Shown here in pieces: positions 11,959 to 41,900 of a stretch of DNA of 64,000 nucleotides. Both the position numbers and the translations under genes were made by a program. The stretch's first letter is position 1; every line of letters begins with the position of its first letter. The notes under the pieces were generated by a model. It saw only the letters and a list, made by a program, of their open reading frames with translations, had not been told where the DNA came from and made no database searches. The DNA comes from Lama guanicoe (taxonomy: Eukaryota), in NCBI GenBank assembly GCA_013239625.1, contig MU054466.1, positions 5,109,770 through 5,173,769 on the forward strand, written 5' to 3'.

Positions 11959-14937
11959 ATGAGGTTAAATCAGAACATCTTGCTGCTGGGAAAGAAGGTG
12001 GTGTTGGTACCCTACACCTCAGAGCATGTGCCTAGGTAACCGTTCACGTGTCACGGGGTGCAAGCCAGCTCTCCAAGGTGCAGCGAGGAGTGTCAGCCTT
12101 CCTTAGCACAAATTTTGGAGGCTTTTTACTCTGAGGAGAAACGTTGGTGTGAGAAGTAATTACATACAGAAAAAAAATGTAAATTGAAGCAGAGAACTGT
12201 GACTTCCCTGGAAGAAGTCACCCATCCCCCTGTTTCTTCCTATCACCCTCTCAGCTTCCTCTTTGGTCTTTCAGTGGGGGATTATTTTATGTAAACTAAA
12301 CGTGTAAGCAAAAAAGATACTGTCTTCTTGCCAAATTATAAACGAGTACCGTTCCCCTGGTGCTAGTGAACGTGCTCAATTCTAAACGTTAGCTTGTCAT
12401 AAAACTGAGCTGATGGCTTGTTGTGATGTATGCTGTTTTGAAAGGCCAGGACTGAGTCACAGGGTGGGACTTGGTGGTGAATGTCGGGTAGACTGGGATG
12501 GTAGTGCCGTGGGTGTGTATTCTTTACTTGTAGTTTTCCTTTTGGGGGTTCCTGGTGCTCAGCCTTTGTGGAGATCTGTCCAGCCTCCTTTGCTGAATTC
12601 AACTTGCCACTACTTCCCCTCAGGAATTTGAGGAATGTTTAGCTTCAGACTGCTCCCCCGCCCTGATCCCTAGGACTGGAGAGGAAGCCAGACAAATAAA
12701 ACTGACTCCTGCTGTTATCTTGTAGGACTAGCCTGCGTCTAGTTCTTGTGCCCATGGCTCTCTGCCTGAGGAGCAATTATAACCCTTTCTTGGATCTTCT
12801 GTGAGCCCTCTGTTAGCCCTGTGGGGTTCTCCTGGCCATCCATATCTTCATATCGGGTGTCAGACTGGTGCTTCTAAATCAGTCCTGCATGCTGACGGCC
12901 ATCCCTCTGTCTCTGCAGGTACCACGAGTGGATGAAATCAGAGGAGCTGCAGCGTCTGACAGCCTCCGAGCCTCTGACCCTGGAGCAGGAGTACGCGATG
13001 CAGCACAGCTGGCAGGAAGATGCGGACAGTGAGAAGTGGGGAGTGGGGGTGCTGGGCTGGGCGTGTCGTGGGAGGGCGGATTCCAGAGGCCGTCTCCAGG
13101 TTCCCTCCCTTTCCTGGTCCCAGCTGTAGCCCTGCTGGGGCCACAGGACGTCTGCAAAAAGCACTTCACGAGGTGCTTGGGAGGTGCCTAAAACCCTCAT
13201 ACTTTGATGCCCACTCAAGTCGGGCCCTGTGGCTGACGCTTCTGTCATCTTCCTGCCCACTGCACCGGCCGTGAAAGGAGCTAGAGAAAGGAGAGCATCT
13301 GGGGCTCTGGCTGTAAACTGAGGCCCTGCCCCTCGCGTCTCTTGCCGCAAGCCCAGCGTGGCCATTGCGCTTTGCATCTCTCGCTCTCTGCGAGTGCAGC
13401 TGTTGTCTGGAGAAGGCCATTGTCTCCTGCGGGAGGCAGATTTAGGGCTTTGTAATCAGCTGCAGGAAGTTCTGGCTCCCCTTGCCTGACAGGCTCAGAT
13501 GGGAGTCCTCTGCAGTTCTCTCGTGTGGGTAGGAAGACTGTCCTCACTGCACTTCTTTGCGGGGTGGAGGTGATAACCCCTCACCTCCCTCCTCAGAGTG
13601 TACCTTCATCGTGCTGGATGCAGTGAAGTGGCAGGCCGAGGCAGGCACCAGTGAAGAGAGCTGCATGGTGGGAGATGTGAACCTCTTCCTCACAGATCTC
13701 GGGGACCCTTCCTTGGGGGAGATTGAGGTCATGATTGCAGGTTGGTTCCCCCTGGCCCTGCCCTCCCTCCCTCCCTCCCGGCCCTCAGACCTGCTGAACC
13801 TGAAGCCAGCCGAGGCTGCATTGGGCACTCAGAGAGCTCAGTGGGAGGCTCTGGCCTTGGTGAGCCCAGCGCCTGGCCGGGCAGACGGCCTCTTGGCACC
13901 CTGCTAGCCTGCTAGTTCACCTTATTCTGATCTCACGCTTAGTTGTGAATTTAACCTTTGGTTTTAAGGCCTTCAAACTGCAGTCTGCCCTATCCTTGGG
14001 GGTGGAGGGGGCCTGGGGACCCTCTAAAAGTGAACGGTCTTCCCTGGAGCATCTTCCCATGCTGTGCTAGGAGCCCCTCCAGGTTCTGTGTCCATTGTGG
14101 TCTTCAGCCTCCTTCTAAGTGACTGTGCAACTGTCCCCAAGGGGTAGCACACTGAGGTGAAGGGGTCAGGTTACTGGGTGTCTCTAAACTGTGAGACCTT
14201 GGATGAGTCATTTAACTTCTCTGTGCTTCTGTCTACTCATCTGCAGATAATCATTTTGTGAACTTGAGGTTGTGAGGATTAAATGAGCCCGGCACGCAGT
14301 GTCAGTGATTATTGTCATTCCTCCTAGAGCCCAGCTGCAGGGGCCGGGGCTTGGGCACCGAGGCCGTCCTCATGATGATGTCCTATGGTAAGGAAGTCTG
14401 AGTGGGTGGTGTGGGGGAGAAGTGGCCAGGCCCCTGGGGAAGGCGAAGGTGTGTTGGGAGGGAGCCTTCAGGCCTGAGGGTTGGGGGCAGGTGACAGTGG
14501 TCTCCACTGCAGACTGGGACATGAGGGGGCAGAGGGTGCTGAGGCGAGGGTGCCCTTCATCCTGTGGCTTGTCCCTGTCTCTCATCTCTTCCGGGAGGAG
14601 TGACAAAGCTAGGTCTGACCAAGTTTGAGGCTAAAATTGGGCAAGAAAATGAACCGAGCATCCGGATGTTCCAAAAGCTTCACTTTGAGCAGGTGAGGAT
14701 GGTGCCGGTGAGAGGGTGAGACCTGGGTCTGGGCGGTGGGGCCCAGTGCCATTAGAACTTGTGGCTGTAACTTAGCGGCCCTGCTCTCTCTGGCTCGTGT
14801 AGGTGGCTGTGAACAGTGTCTTCCAGGAAGTGACACTTAGATTGATGATGAGTGAGCCAGAGCGGCAGTGGCTTCTGGAGCAGACCAGCCACGTGGAAGA
14901 GAAGCCCTACAGAGATGGGTGTTCGGAGCCCCGCTGA
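11959..14937 (+). CDS. NAT9: N-acetyltransferase 9 (GNAT family), complete 206-aa CDS
   Basis: Exons 11959-12035, 12919-13028, 13597-13740, 14328-14387, 14598-14692, 14803-14937 (TGA), 621 nt in total. Translation [45 protein letters not shown]...[14 protein letters not shown]...[13 protein letters not shown], with the GNAT acetyl-CoA motif RGRGLG. Confidence 0.96.
14185..14319 (+). mobile_element. MIR SINE remnant in a NAT9 intron
   Basis: Core-like ctgtgagaccttggatgagtcatttaacttctctgtgct...ggttgtgaggattaaatgag. Confidence 0.65.
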
Positions 14938-15751
14938 CAGCTGGCCTTGTGTTCAGCCGCCCTGTGTGAACAGGGGTGTAAGAACAGAGCCCTGCAACAA
15001 GTGAACGGATGGGGCCTTGGGGGCAGAGTGCTCCTGGCCCTGCTCCAGGCGAGGAGTCTCCTTTCAGGGCCCTTCAGACTCTGGGGCCAGACTTACCTTG
15101 GCCTCCCTCCAGCTAGCAGTGTGGCTGAGCCTCTCCAGGGCCAGCCCCTCCTCCTGGCCAAACCTGGACTCTGGCTCTCAGAACCTGGAGTGGATGGTGC
15201 GAATCCATGGGAGGAGGCCGGGTGGAGGTGGAGCTGGAGACCAAGGGGGGCCTGGTGAACGGGGAGGGCCCCCCCTCTCCCCTGGAAGGCCAGAGGTGCT
15301 GCCCTGGGGCTGAGGCATGGGCTGGGAGTAAAGCACACTGCACACGCTTTCTGTTTTCTCATTGGGCCCATGTGGAGGTGAGCTACCAGGAGGCCCAGCC
15401 TGCGACATGTGGTCGAGCATCAGGGGGACAGGGGAAGGGTTGCTCAGTCCTGTCATCCTGCAGAAGCAGGCCGGGTGTGACCTTGGGAGGTTTGGAAACA
15501 AATGAGGTTGGCCCTGGAAGGACAGACAGATGACTTGGAACGTGGGCGAGGGTCCTTGCTCCTTTCTCTTTGGAGCCAGTTTTGAGGGTGGCTGGAGTAC
15601 CCCCTGCTGATGAAGCTTCAGGCCTCCTACTTAACTTCAGGGGCTGCAGAGGGAAGCAGAGGCCACTCAACAGTGCCCTCCTGAAGGCAGCTGTGTCCTC
15701 TCACCCTCTGCGCCTCATCTCTCCGCCGCTGGGGGCGGCTGCACCTGCCGA

Positions 15752-15768
15752 GGCCACTAGGGGGCGCC
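15752..15768 (+). promoter_or_regulatory. Strong CTCF-type motif between the convergent NAT9 and SLC9A3R1 3' ends
   Basis: GGCCACTAGGGGGCGCC closely matches the CTCF core consensus (CCACYAGRGGGCGC) and sits in a small CpG-containing patch. Binding is not shown. Confidence 0.6.
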
Positions 15769-18128
15769 GGAGGCACAGGTTCGGGATTGTCGGGCGGCTT
15801 GGCGACGTGCTTCATAGGCAGAGATGGGCCGGGTCCCCGTGCCCCAGAGCGAGGGGGACACTCTGACTTCTAACTATCCATCATGCCCTGTCATAATCCA
15901 GGGTGGCCTTCAAGAAAAGCCAGGCATGTTTCGATACACAGTTGGAGAGACACTTGAGGGCACCTAGGGCATTTTCAAGGGGAGAAAACAGTCCCAGGGC
16001 CCCAGAGCTTTGGAAGGCGGAGTCCAAACTATGGCTGAGGACTCTCGGCCCCCAGCCTCTTAATCCTGGCATCTCACACCAGACTATGCGTGTGAAAAAT
16101 GAGAATCAAAAATGTGCCTGAGTCTAAGACGCAGACTCCACTTGCTGGGGCCCCCAGCCCCTCAGCGATGGTTCCCTCTGAGCCACCTGTTCCTTCCTCC
16201 CGACTGCAGCTTAATCAGAGCCCAAGGTCCTTAGGGCTTCCCCACCCAGCAGGTGAGGTGGGGGGGGGCCCCTCCACAGCCCTGCGAGGGTAGTTCTCTG
16301 GCTTGTTCACCTGCAGGGGCCTCCATCAGGGGTCAAGGGATAGAGGAAGGGCAGGGCAGGCCAGGCCCAGCCTAACTGGACAGGTGATAAGGGTTTTGGA
16401 AGGTTCCTCTGAACAATGGTGGAATTCAGATCTTAACAGGTCAGAGTGATGAGATAGCCAGATACTGTCTTTTCTCTCAACCCCAAGGGCTCCTATTTCA
16501 GTCTCTCTTCCTTACTTGTTCTCTTCAGTCCCAGGAACCTGACTTCTGAGTGGTCTCCTGGTTGGGTGAATAGCCCAGGGCCAACTTCCTTCTGAGCACC
16601 TGCCTTGGAACCTCAGCCCTCGCAGGGCACCCTGGTAGGTCTCCAGGATGTGGCCTCAGGTGCCAGAGGTCGAAGGGACCTGGATCTCTCGTGGAGCAGG
16701 GCATTTCGCCCTTGAGAGTCTCCTCCACCACACCTGCCCCAGGCATGTCCCAGGCCCAGCGGGCCAGGTTTGTTCTCCCCCAGTTCTCCCCAGCAGTCGG
16801 GTCTGTGGCCAGATAAGAGGATCTGGGACCAGCCCAGGCCACTCCTGGGAATTCTGTGCCTCACTGGCTGCAGGTGTGAAGATTAAAGCCAAGTCTGCCA
16901 TTTGACCTTGGGCAAAACCTCAGTTTTTCATGTCAGTTTGTCTAGCATTAAATGCATTAAAGCATTTAGTACACAGTTCCTCACATATAGAAAATACCCA
17001 AAATATGTAAGTAAATCATTAAATAAATAAAAAAAAAAAGCCAAGTCTTCCCTTTCCAGATCTGGCCCCATCTGGGATTCACACTTTCAACACTCTTGGA
17101 ATCAGAGGAGTCTCTCAGAGCCCTCTGAGCATGTGGGACTCCATGCCCACCTCCCACCTTTCCTGATGACCGTCCCTATAGGGTGGCCCCAACATGCACA
17201 GGCACACTGACCACCGAGCAGAGCACACGACTAAAGCATGGCCTGGCCACCCAGACAGTTGTGGGCTCGAGGCCCTCTAGTTAGAGCCACCCGTCCTCCC
17301 ACTACTGGGCTTGGGGTCACAGGGAGCCCTGGACCGTCGTCTCCCTCCAGCTGTACCCTACCCTCTTGGCCAGAGGTGACCCTGGGAACACCCATGGACA
17401 GAGCTCTAAAGGAAAACACAGAGGCTGAGGCAGTTTGGAGAAACCAGCTGAATTTGTCATAGAGTTTCCTTACAATTGTGCCTGGCTCAGGGCTGGGCAG
17501 GGGGTGGCCAGACCCTCCCCATGTCACCCAGGTCTCTGGGGGTGGGAGTAGAAACAAAAAAGTTGAAGGCTAAGGCTGCTGCTATGTCCTGGGTGCACCA
17601 ACTTGCAAAATCATGTTAATCAAGGAAAGTCCGTCTAAACTGTGATAACAGCACTCTTTAAAAAAAATCAAATGAACAAAAATAAGATGCCTAAGCCACA
17701 GCTCTGAGGATGACGGCCCCCGTCCACTCTGAGATGTTGCTGTAATCTGAGCCCCTGAACAATCCTGGACCCAGTCATCACTAGGGGTCATGAGGGAAGA
17801 TGACCTCTCGCCCAGTCCCAGGATCCTTGGTCGGTGTAGGTCCCAGTGATGTCCCAGGAGGGTGGCAAGGGGACACCTGGTAGGCTGAAGTGCCCAGTGA
17901 GGAGGGAGACAGTGTGCCTTTTGACTGGGGCAGGACGGGAAAAAAAAACTCACTTCGGAAGTAAGGGAACAGAGTTCTCTAAAAAAATCAGATTTGCCAA
18001 AAGGGGAGGTGCTGGTGCTGATTGGTGTATCGATTTGAGAGTAAGTGCGGATGAGAGAAAAGGAGTTAGGGTCGGGTGTAGAGCTGGACAGGCCCTTCCA
18101 GCATTCCTGGTGGCTGGTGGGAGGGCCC

Positions 18129-36660
<18,532 letters not shown>

Positions 36661-37453
36661 AGAGCAGCCCTCAGGCTCTGTTCTGATGTCCCCCCCACCA
36701 GTGTCCGGAGTTGAGGAGAGCCAACCCTAGGATAAAGGACCTTAACGTTTAACAGCCTTTAGGCAAAGCGTGCAGCTCCAGGTGGGGGTGGGGGTGGGGG
36801 TGGGGACGGGGACGACTGTTGCCAGGAAAACCGCTCCAGCTCCGGGACTGCGAGGTCTCAGCAGTCTTACGAAATAAGACCAATAAGACCGAGGTCCACC
36901 TCAGATCCAACAGAGTAGTTTGAATAACGATATTTTCCCGTTAGTAGGAGGGTCTCAGGACCTGCTAATAGGGGTGCGGGCTCTGATCCTCGCTGGGACA
37001 ATGTGAGGGCTCAGCAGAGAGCCCGAGGCTTCACAGTACTGCCCAGCGAAGACAGGCCGCTAGGGCCATGGAGTGGGCATTGGCGTCGGCTTTTGGCTAG
37101 GGAGGTGGGTGGGGGTGGGGAGAGGCAGAACAGAGTCAGGTAACCAATCTCTGGGTACAGTTCACAAGAAAAGGAGCCCTGGTTTTTTTCAATAGAGAAA
37201 GAAAAATGATTAGGACTGTAAGATAAACCTTCTTTCAGCTGCTTTCAGTTGAGAGGCTGATCACAGAGGCTGGGGGCAGTCTGTTAAGGGTGAGGTGACC
37301 AGTTGGTGATATTGAAGGATGAGGATCAAATGGTTTTGGCAGTCAGTGACAAGCAACAACAATCTTTTCAACACGATCCCCCTCACCCCAAAGCACACAC
37401 CATGTGTATCTCAAAGAAGCAGCAGACAGGGTGTGCTTTCCAAAATACTGCAA

Positions 37454-37459
37454 TTTAAT
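37454..37459 (-). terminator. Probable RAB37 polyadenylation signal (ATTAAA)
   Basis: tttaat on plus reads ATTAAA on minus, about 1.5 kb downstream of the RAB37 stop. It is followed on the minus strand by GT/T-rich sequence. Confidence 0.55.
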
Positions 37460-38989
37460 TCTGAAAAACATAAACGCTAGAGGCCCTATGTGACTGAATC
37501 GCCTGGGACCTGCCTTGGGCCCCAGAAGAACCTGACAAGGTCAGGCTCCTCCCTGCTCCTCCTGGGAGAGGCCTCGAAGAGCTTCCTTATCGGCCGGCCG
37601 AGTTGGAGCTGCTGACTCTGCTCAGAGAGCAAGATTTCTGCCTTGAAAGCAAATGCAGTAGCCTCAGAAATGTGCAGTGCATACCTTTCTCACCCCTCTC
37701 CCCCGCCCCTGGCATACAGAGCAGGAGTAAAGGTACCTCTAAGTCATAATCTGTGTGTCTCCTGCCCTCTTCCCATTGCTGGGGTCAGGGCTTTGGGAGA
37801 CATGTGACCTCGGTCCTCCCATTTCTGCCTCTCCCTGCTCCTCCCCCCGCCCCCCTAAATCTTACCCATATGACCTTGTATTGCATACAATGCATTGGTT
37901 CACCCAGAAACGGAGGAACTCTAGTTCCCTAACCTGGCTCAGTACAAAGGGAGATAAAGCAGTTTTGGCCCTGATGTGTGTCTGAGAAGAGAAGGATGTG
38001 GGTGATCAGGGAAGAGGCAGCACTTGGGTTTAGGGGGTTACATATGGGGTGAGGTTTGCCCCCTTCTGCCTCCCACCTACTCCATGAGTGCTGGCTTCCT
38101 CTTTATCTGGCTTTTTATGCAGGAGAAGCACTCTGGCTGCTTGGAGAAGTAGCCCATGGGCTGCATACCAGCCAGAGGGTAGGGGCAGCGGAATAACCTT
38201 TCCCTATCTGTGACCTTTGGTGTCTAGGGGCACAGGCACAAAGGCAGATAAGACCAGAGATTCAGGGAGGAGGGGCTCCCCTGGGATCTGAGGTCTGGAG
38301 AATAGGAACCAAATGTTTCCAGGTGCCCTAAAGTGCTTGTGGGCTGGAGGAAAAGGGGTCCATCTCCCAGAGAGGGACTAGTAAGGCCAGAGGTAGCCAG
38401 CCAGCCAGACCTAATCTCTGCTACTCTTCCCCTCCAGGGAGCTGGGTCCCTGGCCAATCTCCATGTCTCACCTTCCCTGAGGCTTTGGTTGCCCACATAA
38501 GGGCCCTGCTCACTGGGGAAGATTGTTCTCTGGGGAGTGGGAGGAAATGAAGGCCTGGGTCTGCTCTGCCTCTCACCAGCAGAAGAGTGGGAATGGGGTC
38601 ACTATCTGCCCTCATGCTCCAGAAGTGCATCAGTGCCCCCTAGTGTGGAGTTGGAGTAATACCACTCTCATGTTGGCCAGGAGGGAGGCCCAGGCCCCTA
38701 TGTCCTAGCACTAGAAGGCATAAGGGCCACCAGCTCCCTTCTGCAGTCTTCTGGTACTACTTTGATTAAATTATGTATCATTAAAATGAAATATAAATAT
38801 TTTGCCCTCCCCCCGGAATGCAGGGAAGCTACAGGAACTAGGGTAGGGGCGGGAGGACAGCTCCTTCAGAGAAGGGGCCGTGCGCTGGGTCCCCTCAACT
38901 CTCTCCCCATTGGCTCAGTCACTCAGACTAAACCCGGTCTGAGGGAGAAGGCTGCATCCTTGCGGAGCTTGCTCTCAGACCCTTGGGAT

Positions 38990-41900
38990 TCAAAAGAAGG
39001 AGCAGCAGCTGGGCCGCTTCTTCTGGGATTCCACGTAGTCTCGGATCTGGAAGCTGGGTTCATCAGCCTGCCGCCCGGCTCTATATTTCAGCTCCCTTGA
39101 AGAGGAAGAAAAAATGGGCTGGGCAGGGAGTAGGGAGCTGAGCATTCTCCCACTCCCAGGGCCCTGGGGCAAATGGGCCTCCGATAGAGAATGTAGGTGG
39201 ACCCAGGGGCTGGGCCAGGGGCCAGGCCCTACTGGATTCCCAGATGGTGTCACCCTGCCCTGCGTGTTCCCTTCCCGGTTCATCGCTCACTTGGCAATGG
39301 CCAGAAAGGCCAACTCCACATTCATGCCTGTCTTGGCGCTGGTCTCCATGAAGGGAACTCCGTACTCCTGCCAGGGAGAGAGTATCTTCAATGGCCATCC
39401 TCCGGCTGCATCCCCCTCTACCCCTAGCCAGTCACTTACCCTGGCCAGCATCTCTCCTTCTTCTGAACGGATCACCCTTTCACTGCTCACATCCGCCTGT
39501 CAAGCCCAGTTGAGTCACTCTGGGGAAGGAAGCCTTGACCCCGGCTGGCCCCTCTCCTGCCCCGCCGGCCCAGCTTTCCCCAGGAGCAGGCAGGCCCGCC
39601 CTCTGCTGGTGGCCTGTGGGACTGCAGGTTGTACCATCGTTTTGGGCCCAGGGCTTCTGCTTTCTTTGGGTTCTTACCCAGCTCCCAGCAGAGGGAATCT
39701 CATCCGGATTCAGGGAGGTGGGTAACTCTGCTTGGTAAGGGTGTGGTGACCAGCCTCAAAGGGGCGACAGTAGTTGAGGCTAACTACTGGACTGGAAAGG
39801 TCTAGTCTCTATGACCTAGTAGGGGCTGAGTAGCTGGGCATTCCTGGATCTCAAGTGGCAGCTTGACCTTTCCCTCCAGGATGCCATTTCCAAAGCTTTA
39901 AGAGGGCAGATGAGATGGGCTGAAGCCTCTAGATGGGTCTGACTCCTGAACTGGAGGCTGGGAAGAGTCCTTTGCTGGAAGGATGTCCAGTGGCCGTGGG
40001 GCCAGGGGCACTAATGCCATGGCAGTGGGAGAAGGTGCGGGGTGGACTGATCCTGCCCTGGAGCCACTCACCTTGTTGCCTAGGAGCATGATCACCACAT
40101 CCCTCTGGGCGTACTCATGAATCTCAGTGAGCCAGGCCTATGGGAGAGGGTGTGCTGAGTCCGGCCAAGGCTGAGCATCAGCCTGTCTCCTCCTCCCTCT
40201 CCCTTTTCTTCTGCTGCCATGCCATGTTGATTGCCCTGGGCTCCTCACTGCCCTCAAACATGATGCCCTATGCATATCTTTTCATTTGCATCTTTGTTCT
40301 GGCCTCTCCAGTCCTGAGTAGTCCTAAAACCCCATGCTGTGCCCCTCTCAGTTCTATGAAAGACAGAGATGGCAGAGGCTGTATCTCATCAATCAGTTGA
40401 TGGTCACCAGCAGTTTCCTGGCGAGCTCTATTGAGGATTCTAAGGCTATGGAAGGGCTCAGTGATCAAAAGTACTGTGATTGATTAGTGATTGATTAGTG
40501 ATGTCTGCCATGAGCATGGGGTTGGAGGTGGCAGTTGGAGTGCCACCAACCAGTTTATAAACTGTCTTGTTCGCCCCATTTGCTTGTCAACCCCTTGAGG
40601 TGAGGGAGCATGTGAAACCTTTACAGTGCTGTGCACAGAGTCACTGTTTGTGTTTGTTGACTTATTGTCCCCACTATTTAATAGTTTGCTTGTGAGGACA
40701 GAGCCACTCTTTATCTGCCTGAGTCACTTTCTTGAAACTTGAGCTGGAAGTATGAGTAGACTTTTCTGCTTGGGCCCTCCCCTTGGTCTCTGTGGGTAAT
40801 TGTCCAGGGTGGAGCTGGGGACTTTGTGAACACTTTATCATGAAATGAACTCAGGAATTACAGTCAGGGATAAGCAGGTGGCACAGACACACAGCACCTG
40901 CTTGGCCTTCGCGCCCACATGCCAGTCAATAACCCAGGAGAAGTTTATTACTTCTGAGTCACAGCTGGGGTGTTTCTAACTCAGCAGCGGTATTCGGTAT
41001 TGCCTGCTCCACCCGTTCTCACAAAGCAGGAAGCAATCCTGCCCCGCACAGGCCTTGCTTTGCCTGCTTCTAAGTGGTGGGCAGGGAGGACCTACCCGGA
41101 TGTTGTCGAAGGAAGACTTGTTGGTAATGTCATACAGCAGGAGCAAGGCTGCAGGGGGAGAGAGAGGTCACACAGGCGACTTGGGGCTGAAGGGTGGATG
41201 TTGCTCGAAGTGAGCTGGGGGGAGGAGGCGGAGTGCATGAGGGACTTACCCTGGGCATCTCGGTAATAAGCATGGGTGACACTGCGGAACCGCTCCTGCC
41301 CTGCGGTGTCCCAGATCTAAGAAGGAATGGATAGATGGTCAGAAGGGGGCTGGGGGCAGGGACTGTGCTGGGCAGAGGAAATTCATGTTGCAGTACGACA
41401 GATGTGTGGGAAGGTGAGATGTTTCCTTCTTTAGGTTCTCACGGGTTTCTGAGCATCTGGTGGTGGGCTGGATGGTGGTAGTAAATGAGTTTTCAAGCTC
41501 ATTCAGTGCCTCTTCCCCAGCCCAGTGGATAGGGGTGTCTGACTTCCTGGAGCAGCTGAGGCCTGGGAAACTGGGGAGGGTTTGGAGCGAGCCTAAGCAT
41601 GTCTGAAGGCACTTGGAGCTGCCTTTCATAGGAAAAAGGGTGCCTGGGAACTGCTTTTTCTGCAGACATCAAACAAACAAAAGCCGTTTCCTCTCCTGGG
41701 CCCCACAGGAAATTACCCCAGGCTGAGGGCAGGGCCACAGGGCCTCCTGCGGTTGGGTGAAGAGTTTGGGCAGGCTCTCCATCCTCTCCCCACCCCTACC
41801 CCAGCAGCTGGTCTCACCTGCAGCTTTACTTTCACACCATCCACGGTTACCACCTTGTTCTGAAAGACAGAAGGGCAAGGGGAGAGGTCGGGGTGGAGGG

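Noticed and set aside
15327-17030. Candidate NAT9 poly(A) signals (AGTAAA 15327-15332; ATTAAA/AATAAA cluster ~16882-17030)
   Set aside because: I cannot choose between them from sequence alone, and the distal cluster lies in a MIR-like, A-rich remnant.
38990-39283. ORF running from RAB37 intron 8 into the last exon
   Set aside because: Retention of this 195-nt intron hits TGA immediately after the donor (AAG TGA), and the intronic ATG has no promoter support.
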